From an uncultured Bacteroidales bacterium (GTDB lineage: Bacteria; Bacteroidota; Bacteroidia; Bacteroidales; B18-G4), in assembly GCA_964508895.1 (NCBI GenBank), contig CAZDWF010000005.1, forward strand, positions 1 to 55,005: 55,005 nt of DNA, written 5' to 3'. Position numbers and translations under genes: made by a program. Numbering within the stretch: the first letter of the stretch is position 1; every line of letters starts with the position of its first letter. Below the pieces are notes generated by a model that ran no database searches, had not been told where the DNA came from, and was given only the letters and a program-made list of their open reading frames with translations. Below, one piece after another: positions 1 to 9,338 of this stretch.

Positions 1-40
1 ATAATGCAATAAAAATAAATAATACGATGATTTTTTTCAT
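1..40 (-). CDS. 5' end of a secreted protein, truncated by the window edge
   Basis: Minus-strand ATG at 40 reads MKKIIVLFIFIAL, a typical signal-peptide start; not in the ORF track. Confidence 0.6.
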   Translation of the reverse strand, partial: MKKIIVLFIFIAL

Positions 41-282
41 AGCTGAAAAGTTTGATTAATTAATTTCGATGATATAAAATTAATCAGAGACTGAGAAATA
101 AGATGTTAAAGTTTACAAATAGATATTCTGGGTGAACATTGAACGATGTATGGTGAATAATGAACTGTGAATAAAGTGATTTCAAATTTCATATTAAAAT
201 TTTAGAGTTTCGATTTTTGCTTTGTCCTGGAAAATGCTCCAAATAAGAAATCAGCAATACGGAATACGGAACCAAAAATTAT

Positions 283-1128
283 TTATACCCTCGCATAACT
301 GCTGAATGCCTCCATAACATCATCTGAGTATTTCTTTGAAACAGGCAAAGAGATTGTTGGATCAATATCAAGGTCGATATGCAGGCCATCTCCTTCTTTA
401 CGGATCATTTTCACCTTATTGAAATTCACCATATAAGATCGGTGACACCTTATTATATTTAATTCTCTGAATTCATTTTCATAGAAATTCATAGAATTCC
501 TGATAAGCATCTTTGAAACCTTTTTCCCATTAAGATAATGCATTGTAACGTAGTTGTCAGCTGAAGAAATGTATATCAGGTCATCCTGTTTAATAGAAAT
601 ACGCATAGTGCCTTTTTCATCATAAAAAGGTATCATTGCTTTTATATTAGTTACAGGTATATCATTCTCTGCAATCTGACCAAGCTTTTCGTTCTTTTCT
701 TTCCAGGAAAAATACATCCATAATAAAACATATGGAATGATCAGAACCAACGAGGTATTTTTAATTGAGACGCTCCAGATATCGATAAAATCCCTTGAAT
801 CAACCAGTATGAACTTCACAAAAATAGAATAGACAAATGCCATGCTGAGAATTTCAACAAGAACCCACAAAGCAAATTGCCAATAGTTGATCAGTGAGAT
901 ACGGCAAAAAAGATACATGATAACACGGCTGATCACAACAACGAGCATTCCTGTGAGTATTACCAGGCTTGAATACAGGAATAGCTCGATCTTTGTCACA
1001 TCAAACCATGTATTAACACCAAATGGTGCATATACATTTATAAATATCAGGGCAAAAATTGCAGTAAATATCACCAATGTGATAATATTCTTTCTGCTGA
1101 TAAGATATTCAGGTATTTTTTTCTCCAT
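283..1128 (-). CDS. Membrane-anchored LytTR-family transcriptional regulator
   Basis: Four hydrophobic N-terminal segments plus a C-terminal LytTR domain (LIYISSADNYV...IIRCHRSYMVN...LPVSKKY); ATG at 1128 preferred over the TTG at 1155. Confidence 0.9.
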   Translation of the reverse strand: MEKKIPEYLISRKNIITLVIFTAIFALIFINVYAPFGVNTWFDVTKIELFLYSSLVILTGMLVVVISRVIMYLFCRISLINYWQFALWVLVEILSMAFVYSIFVKFILVDSRDFIDIWSVSIKNTSLVLIIPYVLLWMYFSWKEKNEKLGQIAENDIPVTNIKAMIPFYDEKGTMRISIKQDDLIYISSADNYVTMHYLNGKKVSKMLIRNSMNFYENEFRELNIIRCHRSYMVNFNKVKMIRKEGDGLHIDLDIDPTISLPVSKKYSDDVMEAFSSYARV

Positions 1129-1221
1129 AGTAATATGTCCCTCTGAAATACTCAAACAAAGTTAAGATTTTAAGCAGATTTTTATAAATAAAGCCGAACT
1201 TTCATTTAATGATTTAATAAA

Positions 1222-1250
1222 TTCACCCCATATTCAGGAATTTCACCCCA
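1222..1250 (+). promoter_or_regulatory. Putative LytTR operator, direct repeat TTCACCCCA-N11-TTCACCCCA
   Basis: Perfect 9-bp direct repeat at 1222-1230 and 1242-1250 between the divergent LytTR and hydrolase genes; geometry resembles known LytTR boxes. Confidence 0.6.
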
Positions 1251-1343
1251 CTATACAGCATTTAGTAACATTAACATGCATCTCATAACCTTTATTTGAA
1301 AAAAATACAGAATTGAGATTCCTTTGTAGTAATAATTCTAATA

Positions 1344-2510
1344 ATGGGATACACAAAAGACTACATAATACTCAAAGAGGCAATGAACTCAGCCAAAGTT
1401 GAAATACCAGTTCCGGAGAGCAATCTCATAATGAAGAAGTACACTTTTGAATCAAAAAATACACAGATACTTCCAGATGATATTTCAGCAAATAGTGATT
1501 TTCAATTATCAATATATTCTGACAGGGAGATACCTGAAAACAGGACATTCGAGTATCCTTTGATCAGAAGCAATACAACACAAAAAGAATCAGATCTTAT
1601 CATAATGCTTCATGGGTTAAATGAAAAGAGCTGGGACAAATACTGGACATGGGCTAAGGAATTATCTGTCAAGACCAATAAAGCTGTTCTCCTTTTTCCT
1701 CTTTCGTTTCACATGGACAGGGTTCCGGAGCTATGGGCTGACCCCAGGAAAATGACTGCCTTAATGGAATTCAGAAAGAAAAAATTTCCTGGTTCATCAG
1801 CCATGAGCTTTGCTAATGCAGCATTAAGTGAAAGGCTTAGCAATAAGCCTGAGAGGTTTGTATTATCAGGATATCAAAGTATATTGGATCTTGTTGAACT
1901 GGTAAAAAATATTAAGGCAGGTAAACATTGTGATTTTGAGAATAACACACATATTGACCTGTTTGGATATTCCATAGGCGCATTCCTTTTGCAGGTATTA
2001 CTTATAGCTAATCCTGAAAATCTTTTCAGTGATTCCAGGTTCATGCTATTTGGCGGAGGCTCCGTTTTTAGTGAAATCAATGGTACTTCAAGGTTAATCA
2101 TGGATCAGCAAGCTTTTGAAAACTTGCATTACTTCTACCTTCATGAAAAATATTGGGCATCTAACTCAAGCAATTCCTTCCAGGAATTAATGAATACCGA
2201 GGAATATGGCAGTGCTTTTCGCTCAATGCTTTCCAACAGTAGTTTAAAAAATAAAAGGCAAGATGCGTTTGATGATTATAATGGCCGTATCAAAGTAATC
2301 AGCATGATTAAAGATCAGGTGTTCCCTTTTAAAAAAATAATTTCTGCCTTTAAAAAAAACATGTCATCAACTATAGAAACATTGGATTCACCTTTCCACT
2401 ATACACATGAAAATCCATTTCCCGTCTCAAGCAAAGCATGCGTTTCAAAAGTTACTGATGATCTGTTTGATAAAATATTTTTCAGGGCTTCACAGTTCTT
2501 TGTCGCCTGA
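1344..2510 (+). CDS. Alpha/beta-hydrolase-fold protein (DUF6051-like)
   Basis: IIMLHGLNE motif, GYSIG nucleophile elbow, C-terminal HENPFP. Confidence 0.75.
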   Translation: MGYTKDYIILKEAMNSAKVEIPVPESNLIMKKYTFESKNTQILPDDISANSDFQLSIYSDREIPENRTFEYPLIRSNTTQKESDLIIMLHGLNEKSWDKYWTWAKELSVKTNKAVLLFPLSFHMDRVPELWADPRKMTALMEFRKKKFPGSSAMSFANAALSERLSNKPERFVLSGYQSILDLVELVKNIKAGKHCDFENNTHIDLFGYSIGAFLLQVLLIANPENLFSDSRFMLFGGGSVFSEINGTSRLIMDQQAFENLHYFYLHEKYWASNSSNSFQELMNTEEYGSAFRSMLSNSSLKNKRQDAFDDYNGRIKVISMIKDQVFPFKKIISAFKKNMSSTIETLDSPFHYTHENPFPVSSKACVSKVTDDLFDKIFFRASQFFVA

Positions 2511-2571
2511 ATAAAGATCGTTCTTTCCGCCCTTTTTATCTATTCTTCTCCATATGCACAAAAACAAATTA

Positions 2572-2601
2572 CCTTTCCCCTGCCGGTTAACAGGGGGAAG
2601 G
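2572..2601. repeat. GC-rich intergenic hairpin (REP-like or terminator-like)
   Basis: CCTTTCCCCTG-N8-CAGGGGGAAGG, 11-bp stem with one G-U pair, no U-tract. Confidence 0.45.
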
Positions 2602-2746
2602 GAGGGCGAGCTTAAGTGATTAGGCGATTGTCGATTTGGTGATTGAGCGATTTTCGATTAGATTTTATGATGTTTTATATTAGCAATACAATCATTATAT
2701 TTGAAGGTGAATTAATCTTGACATTAAACACCAAATCATTTCAAAT

Positions 2747-3367
2747 ATGAAATCCTTAATTATACTCATTTTATCTTCGGTAATTTGCATTCAATTATAT
2801 GCTCAGCATGAAAATTCCTTTACTGATCCACGTGATGGTCAAGTGTACAGGACAATTCAAATAGCAGATCAAATATGGATGGCTGACAATTTGAATTACT
2901 ATATGGATAGTTCATTTTGTTATCTTAAAGATACAAGTTATTGTGAGAAATATGGCAGGATATATCAATTTAATGCAGCCTTAAAAGCTTGTCCTGATGG
3001 CTGGCACCTGGCCAGTGACGATGAATGGAAAAAGCTGGAGATAAATATGGGAATGAAAGAAAAAGTAGCAAATAAAGAGAATTACAGAAGTACCAAGCCC
3101 GGACAGGGCAATAAGCTTAAAGAAGGTGGTTCATCCGGAATGGACATCACATTTGGAGGATTTCTTTCTTTTGCCTATTCATTTGGTGAGGCTAAATTTA
3201 ACCTGGAATTTATGAGGATTAATACCAGAGGTTATTTCTGGACAAGCACTCGCTATGAGCAATATAAGAATCGGGGCTGGGCCAGATATTTCAATGAAAG
3301 TACAAAGATTAACAGAAATGTATATCACGAGTTTTGTGGAATGAGTGTGAGGTGTATAAAGAATTGA
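2747..3367 (+). CDS. FISUMP (Fibrobacter succinogenes major paralogous) domain protein, secreted
   Basis: Signal peptide; FTDPRDGQVY..IQIADQIWMADNLNY, YGRIY, ACPDGWHL...EW, GYFWTS, SVRCIK. Confidence 0.9.
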   Translation: MKSLIILILSSVICIQLYAQHENSFTDPRDGQVYRTIQIADQIWMADNLNYYMDSSFCYLKDTSYCEKYGRIYQFNAALKACPDGWHLASDDEWKKLEINMGMKEKVANKENYRSTKPGQGNKLKEGGSSGMDITFGGFLSFAYSFGEAKFNLEFMRINTRGYFWTSTRYEQYKNRGWARYFNESTKINRNVYHEFCGMSVRCIKN

Positions 3368-3548
3368 AAATAACCCCAAATTCACCAGGAGTCAAAGCAA
3401 ACAATAAATCATTTTTATCACTATTTAATAATACTCCCCTACTATTCGCCAGAAATAATTTCACAAGAAATATAATATTTCTTGTGATCCTTAACTCTGT
3501 TGTCTGGATTTTACTATCTTTAATTAGTAAAAATCCAAAAACAATATC

Positions 3549-5252
3549 ATGGACTGGTTAATCAAAACATTACAGGAGAATCCGAGCCTGGCAATATTTC
3601 TAACCATAGCACTGGGATTCTTTATCGGGAAATTCAAATACAAAACTTTATCATTGGGAAGTGTTACAAGTGTATTACTTGTTGGTGTAATTGTCGGACA
3701 GTTGAAAATAGATATTTCCGCTGATCTGAAACAGATATTCTTCCTGATCTTTCTTTTCTCTGTCGGATACAGTGTGGGACCACAGTTTTTTAACAGCCTT
3801 AAGAAATCCGGCTTACCACAACTGCTTTTCACTTTTCTTATAGCAGTATTCGGGTTAATTGTCACATGGTGGCTGGGTAAAATGATGGGTTATAATGCCG
3901 GGCAGGCAGCAGGATTACTCGCTGGAGCTCAAACAATTTCTGCAGTAATAGGTGTAGGTCAGGATACTATCGGAAGCCTTAACATTAGCCCTGAAGAAAA
4001 GGAAAGTATGGAAAGTGCGGTTGCAGTTTGCTATGCAGTAACTTATCTTTTCGGAACAATTGGCACCGCTTTCCTGCTTGCTCAGGTTGGGCCATTATTC
4101 TGGGGTGGACTAAAAAAATCCAGGCAACAATGCAAGGAGATGGAAGAAAAAATGGGAATGGCTGGCAAGGGCGAATACTCCATGATCTCACCTTTTTCAA
4201 GTATCGTCTTCAGAGCATACAATCTAAAACCTGAATCCTTTGCTATTGGAAAAACCAGCGAAGAAATAGATAAACAATTCTATGATCTTGGCCATAGAAT
4301 TTATGTTTTCAGGTTTCGGAAAAAAGGTGAGAACACAGTAGAAAAAGTTGATCCTAAATATAAATTTCATGCACATGATGATATCGTTTTGCAGGGTCAC
4401 GGAGGACATGTGATCACTGCTATGAAAGATTTTGGACATGAAGTCTATGATAAAGACCTGCTGGATTTTAAAGTAGAAAATGTTAAAGTGCTTCTTACCA
4501 ATAAGAAAGCTGATGGCATGACCATACATGAATTCAGCCTTCAACGCCCTGACCTAAAAGTATCCTTGCAGAAAATTACCCGTGGAGGAATGGCCTTGCC
4601 ACTGGCCAATAAAACCATTATTCACAGAGGGGATATGCTTTACCTGATAGGTTCAAAAGATGATGTTGATGAAGCTGTGAAATTACTCGGATTTCCAGAT
4701 ATAAGTACAGAAAAAACTGATATGATCTCTGTTGGCTTAGGAATACTTATTGGTGGTATAATTGGATTGCTAACTCTTCATATTGGTAAAATGAGTCTGA
4801 GTTTAAGTGCCAGCGGAGGTGCTTTGATCGCAGGATTGTTTTTCGGGTGGCTGCGTTCAAAGCATCCTACTTTTGCACAGATTCCCGAATCCGCATTATG
4901 GATCATGACCAACTTAGGACTGAATGCATTTATTGCAGTAGTAGGTATTACTGCTGCTCCAGGATTCGTCCAGGGATTTAAAGCAGTAGGCCCTTCATTA
5001 TTCCTTGTAGGTGCGCTGGCATCTATAATCCCTGTGATGCTTGGATTGATCATGGCCAGGTATATCTTCAAATTCAATGCCCCAATTGGCCTTGGATGCT
5101 GTTGTGGGGCAAGAGTTACTACAGCTGGATTGCCAGCAGTTGAAGATGCATTGCAGAGTAATTTACCGGCATTAGGCTATACAGTCACTTATGCCGTTGG
5201 AAATACTCTCTTAATTATTTGTGGAATCATAATTGTATTTCTGTTTAGTTAA
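3549..5252 (+). CDS. aspT: Aspartate:alanine antiporter
   Basis: Two membrane halves separated by TrkA_C-like soluble domains; GLLAGAQTISAVIG and GYTVTYAVGN motifs; adjacent to aspD. Confidence 0.92.
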   Translation: MDWLIKTLQENPSLAIFLTIALGFFIGKFKYKTLSLGSVTSVLLVGVIVGQLKIDISADLKQIFFLIFLFSVGYSVGPQFFNSLKKSGLPQLLFTFLIAVFGLIVTWWLGKMMGYNAGQAAGLLAGAQTISAVIGVGQDTIGSLNISPEEKESMESAVAVCYAVTYLFGTIGTAFLLAQVGPLFWGGLKKSRQQCKEMEEKMGMAGKGEYSMISPFSSIVFRAYNLKPESFAIGKTSEEIDKQFYDLGHRIYVFRFRKKGENTVEKVDPKYKFHAHDDIVLQGHGGHVITAMKDFGHEVYDKDLLDFKVENVKVLLTNKKADGMTIHEFSLQRPDLKVSLQKITRGGMALPLANKTIIHRGDMLYLIGSKDDVDEAVKLLGFPDISTEKTDMISVGLGILIGGIIGLLTLHIGKMSLSLSASGGALIAGLFFGWLRSKHPTFAQIPESALWIMTNLGLNAFIAVVGITAAPGFVQGFKAVGPSLFLVGALASIIPVMLGLIMARYIFKFNAPIGLGCCCGARVTTAGLPAVEDALQSNLPALGYTVTYAVGNTLLIICGIIIVFLFS

Positions 5253-5262
5253 TTAATGAATT

Positions 5263-6894
5263 ATGTACGATAAGAATCATATATCAAGAAAAAGGGAAAA
5301 GGAACTCGAGAAAATGAGTCCTTTTGAAATAAAAAACACACTTATCTCTCTTGCTGAAGATAGCAGAAGCAAATCTCACCATGCAATGCTCAATGCTGGA
5401 AGAGGCAATCCTAACTGGGTTTGTACTATCGCCAGGGAAGCATTTTTTATTCTTGGCAAGTTTGGCATTGAAGAATGCAAAAGACCTATGGATTATAAAG
5501 AAGGTTTAGCTGGAATTCCTGAAAAAGAAGGTATAGCAAGACGATTTGAATTATTCCTAAACAATAATTATTCTTCTTTAGGAATTAATCTTCTTAAAGA
5601 ATTATACAATTATGGTGTTAATCACCACAAGTTCGATGCAGACGATTTTGTTCATGAATTAGCTGAAGGAGTTATAGGTGATCAATATCCTGTGCCGGAT
5701 CGCATGCTTAAATATCCTGAACAAATAGTTCATGATTATATAGTTCAGGAAATGTGTGACGGTATCCCACCCAAAGGCAAATACGACCTGTTTGCCACAG
5801 AAGGAGGAACGGCTGCCATGTGCTATATCTTTGATTCTCTTATGCAAAACTTCCTGATAAAAAGAGGAGATAAGATCGCATTATTTATTCCTGTATTTAC
5901 ACCGTATATTGAGATCCCGGAGCTTGACAGATACAGTTTTGATGTAGTCCATATTTCAGCAAAGGGAATGACTCAGGATGGTCAGCATAGCTGGGAATAC
6001 CCTGATGAAGAACTTGATAAGCTCAAAGATCCTGAAATAAAAGTAGCATTTCTGGTCAATCCAAGCAACCCACCATCTTACGCTTTGAACCAAAGGGAAA
6101 GAAAGAATATCATCAATACCATTAAAAACGAGAACCCTCATTTGATGTTCATTACCGATGATGTTTACGGAACTTTTGTACCGGGATTTCGTTCATTGAT
6201 GGCTGAAGTACCACACAATACGCTGGGAGTTTATTCATTCTCAAAATATTTTGGATGTACAGGATGGCGGCTTGGTGTGATTGCCGTGCATGAGGAAAAT
6301 ATATTTGATAAAATGATCAAAGAGCTTCCTGCAGATAAAAAGGAAGAACTATTTAAAAGATATCGAAGTATACATCTGCACCCTGAACAGCTCAAATTTG
6401 TTGACCGTATGGTTGCAGACAGCCGAATGGTTGCCTTGAATCATACATCAGGATTATCCTTACCTCAACAAATGCAGATGATGCTTTTTGCAGCATTTGC
6501 ATTATTCGATAAAGACAATAACTATAAGAAGCTGACAAGCGAGATAGTTCATCGCAGGCTAAAACTTCTTTATGACGGAATGGAAGTTGAGCTTGTTGCC
6601 AATCCCAACCGTGCAGGCTATTATGCAGAAATCGATATCATGCTCTGGGCAAAAAATGAATATGGAGATGAGTTTGCAAATTTCCTGGTAAAAAACTACG
6701 AGCCAGTAGATATATTATTCCGCCTTGCAGAGCAATGTTCAGTTGTACTTCTTAACGGTAGTGGTTTCGACGGACCGGAATGGTCGATACGAGTTTCACT
6801 TGCTAATTTGATGGATGATGCATATACGAATATTGCAAAAGCAATTAAGGAAATGTTTGAGGAGTATGTGGAAGAGTGGAAACAAAGTGATTGA
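5263..6894 (+). CDS. aspD: Aspartate 4-decarboxylase (PLP-dependent)
   Basis: SPFE, LNAGRGNPNW, EGGTAAM, VNPSNPPS, DDVY and SFSKYFGCTGWRLG (PLP lysine) motifs. Confidence 0.95.
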   Translation: MYDKNHISRKREKELEKMSPFEIKNTLISLAEDSRSKSHHAMLNAGRGNPNWVCTIAREAFFILGKFGIEECKRPMDYKEGLAGIPEKEGIARRFELFLNNNYSSLGINLLKELYNYGVNHHKFDADDFVHELAEGVIGDQYPVPDRMLKYPEQIVHDYIVQEMCDGIPPKGKYDLFATEGGTAAMCYIFDSLMQNFLIKRGDKIALFIPVFTPYIEIPELDRYSFDVVHISAKGMTQDGQHSWEYPDEELDKLKDPEIKVAFLVNPSNPPSYALNQRERKNIINTIKNENPHLMFITDDVYGTFVPGFRSLMAEVPHNTLGVYSFSKYFGCTGWRLGVIAVHEENIFDKMIKELPADKKEELFKRYRSIHLHPEQLKFVDRMVADSRMVALNHTSGLSLPQQMQMMLFAAFALFDKDNNYKKLTSEIVHRRLKLLYDGMEVELVANPNRAGYYAEIDIMLWAKNEYGDEFANFLVKNYEPVDILFRLAEQCSVVLLNGSGFDGPEWSIRVSLANLMDDAYTNIAKAIKEMFEEYVEEWKQSD

Positions 6895-7051
6895 GAGATT
6901 GCAGATTCCAGATTAAATGATATACGATTTTGTGGATAGTTAACGAACTGCTAAATTGATGGGGATTCTTCTTCGAATTATGCCATGATGACTTAAAATA
7001 ACCAACCATAAATCAATTATAATTCGTATCTTTCTTAATTCAATATTTAAG

Positions 7052-9079
7052 ATGAAATTGATTAGAATAATATTATTCATCGCAGTATTTGCTTTCAACG
7101 CTATTCCATTATTCTCCCAATGGCAACCCAGCAAAGGAATTGAAGGCGGGCATTGCTATTCAATCTTTTCATCCGATTCCATACTTTTAACAGGATGTGC
7201 AGGAATGATGTATAGAACTAACTTAATCAATGAATGGGAACAAAGCAATTCATGGGTATCTCATAATCTCCATAAAGTTAAGGATGTTCTTTTTGCATAT
7301 TCATCAATGGGTGGAATTGAAAGGTCATTTGATAATGGTATAACATGGGAAGTTGCACCATATAGCTGCTATACAGGTTCGTTTTGCTCAATTGACAGCA
7401 CAATTTTTTTTAGCTATTACGATGCATGGATTACCAAATCAGAAAACTATATGGATACTATCGAGTTCGTCGAAGGATTACCAAAATATGAATATTCTTT
7501 CATGAGATCCCATGATTCATTGTTGTTTGTCCTTTTTAACGAAGAAATGGAAGCTTTTCAAACCATTGACCTGGGAAATACCTGGGATACTGTTACCACA
7601 AAAGGATTGCCTAATTCTAACTATTGGGAATACTATGATATGATTTGTTATAACAATACCATAGTTATTTGTGCCGACAGCGGTGTGTTTTACCTGAATG
7701 AGACAAGAGATAATTGGATCAAGATCAATAATCCACTATCAGATTATGTTATATTCGGTTTTAAAAATCATCAAGGACAATTTCTGGCAAAATCCTACTC
7801 AGGAATTTATGAGTTAAATTCAGATTATTCATGGAATATATTCCTGGAGATTCCATTCAGATTAAATGATTTTTGCTTTCATGAAAACGAACTTTACCTG
7901 GGCACTCTCCTGGGTGTTTATCATCAAGATTCGCTTGGAAACCTGAATATTTTTTCAGACGGTATCTATCGCCGAACAATAAATTCGATGGCTACAATAA
8001 ATGATACTATATACATTATGGTTAAGTATGGAGTATATTATTATGACCCAAAAGAATTGTATAAATCAAATGATCATGGACAGAACTTTCAAAGAATTGA
8101 TGGAATTTACGGCAATAAAGTTTTTGCATATGATAATACACTCTATATCCTTACTGATGAAGAAATATTAATAACAAATAATGACTTTATAACTACAGAG
8201 ATTATTGATCTCCCACAGGATGTTGATCCATTTGACCTTTCAATAACAAATAATCATTATTTCTTAATAACCCAGCTAGGTACTTTCAGATCGAACACAA
8301 ACAACATCTCCTGGTTCGAATTAAGCTTTGAGAATGAAGATATTTGGTATACAAAGGCTATAAATTCAACAGTATTATCATTTTGCAATAAAATAGGAGG
8401 TGTGATACTTAGCCAAAATTCAGGTATCAATTTCGATTCCATACTCAATGAAATGCAGGGGCTGAGTTCAATTGAAGCAATCAACTCAAATTTTTACATT
8501 CTCTCAGCTGATAGTATTGTATATTCTCATGATATGGGTATTAACTGGGATGTCATGCATCCTGATATCCCAGATATCTACCACATTGATGATATAGATG
8601 TTGATAATGAAACTATTCTGATTGGAAGTTCAAGTTATGGGCCACCATATGTGCAGCTTAGCTACGACTTTGGTATTAACTGGGTTGATATCACAGACAG
8701 CATACCATATAGGTTCTTAGGAGATTTTTATGTAACTGAGATTTTGGGAAACAGAGTATTTTGCTCATCCACCGGAAACAGTCTATGGTACAGAGATGAT
8801 GTCATAACCGGAAACAATGAACACAATGATCCAAAAGAGGCTATATCAGATATTATTGTTTACCCAAACCCAGCATCAAATCAAATTACCATTGAATTGA
8901 GTAGTAAAGATGCATTTGAACACTATAGATTGAGCAATCTTTATGGCCAAATACTTTTAACTGGAAATATCAACAGCAATAAGACAAAAATAAATTTAAG
9001 TGATATTACAGCTGGTGTTTATATAATTCAAATATTGGGAGTAAAGGAAAATGAATCTAAAAAGATTATTATTTATTAA
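7052..9079 (+). CDS. T9SS type-A cargo protein with BNR/Asp-box beta-propeller
   Basis: Signal peptide, repeated S-x-D-x-G-x-x-W motifs, C-terminal VYPNPA...GVYII domain. Confidence 0.85.
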   Translation: MKLIRIILFIAVFAFNAIPLFSQWQPSKGIEGGHCYSIFSSDSILLTGCAGMMYRTNLINEWEQSNSWVSHNLHKVKDVLFAYSSMGGIERSFDNGITWEVAPYSCYTGSFCSIDSTIFFSYYDAWITKSENYMDTIEFVEGLPKYEYSFMRSHDSLLFVLFNEEMEAFQTIDLGNTWDTVTTKGLPNSNYWEYYDMICYNNTIVICADSGVFYLNETRDNWIKINNPLSDYVIFGFKNHQGQFLAKSYSGIYELNSDYSWNIFLEIPFRLNDFCFHENELYLGTLLGVYHQDSLGNLNIFSDGIYRRTINSMATINDTIYIMVKYGVYYYDPKELYKSNDHGQNFQRIDGIYGNKVFAYDNTLYILTDEEILITNNDFITTEIIDLPQDVDPFDLSITNNHYFLITQLGTFRSNTNNISWFELSFENEDIWYTKAINSTVLSFCNKIGGVILSQNSGINFDSILNEMQGLSSIEAINSNFYILSADSIVYSHDMGINWDVMHPDIPDIYHIDDIDVDNETILIGSSSYGPPYVQLSYDFGINWVDITDSIPYRFLGDFYVTEILGNRVFCSSTGNSLWYRDDVITGNNEHNDPKEAISDIIVYPNPASNQITIELSSKDAFEHYRLSNLYGQILLTGNINSNKTKINLSDITAGVYIIQILGVKENESKKIIIY

Positions 9080-9182
9080 AGTAGTTTGTTTTGCCTCCAG
9101 CCAATTCGTACATGCTAAATCATAAATCGAACATATAGCTTGGAAATCCAAATAAACAATAAGCAATCAAGTTCCAAAATGA

Positions 9183-9333
9183 AAATTCTAAATAATAAAT
9201 TACAAATTCCAAGCAAAGAACAAATCACAATAATTAAATTACAAACTTGCAGAAGTTAGCATTTTGCATCTTTGAAATTTTAGATTTATTTTTTGTAATT
9301 TGCTTGGAATTTGTAATTTTCTTTTTGGAATTT
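9183..9333. repeat. Inverted heptamer-repeat element with 21-bp perfect arms
   Basis: AAATTACAAATTCCAAGCAAA (9197-9217) and its exact reverse complement (9299-9319), within AAATTHC-type 7-mer tracts. Confidence 0.8.
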
Positions 9334-9338
9334 ATTCT

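Noticed and set aside
3334-3865. ORFs 3334-3561 (+) and 3524-3865 (-)
   Set aside because: They overlap well-supported genes and show no recognisable motifs
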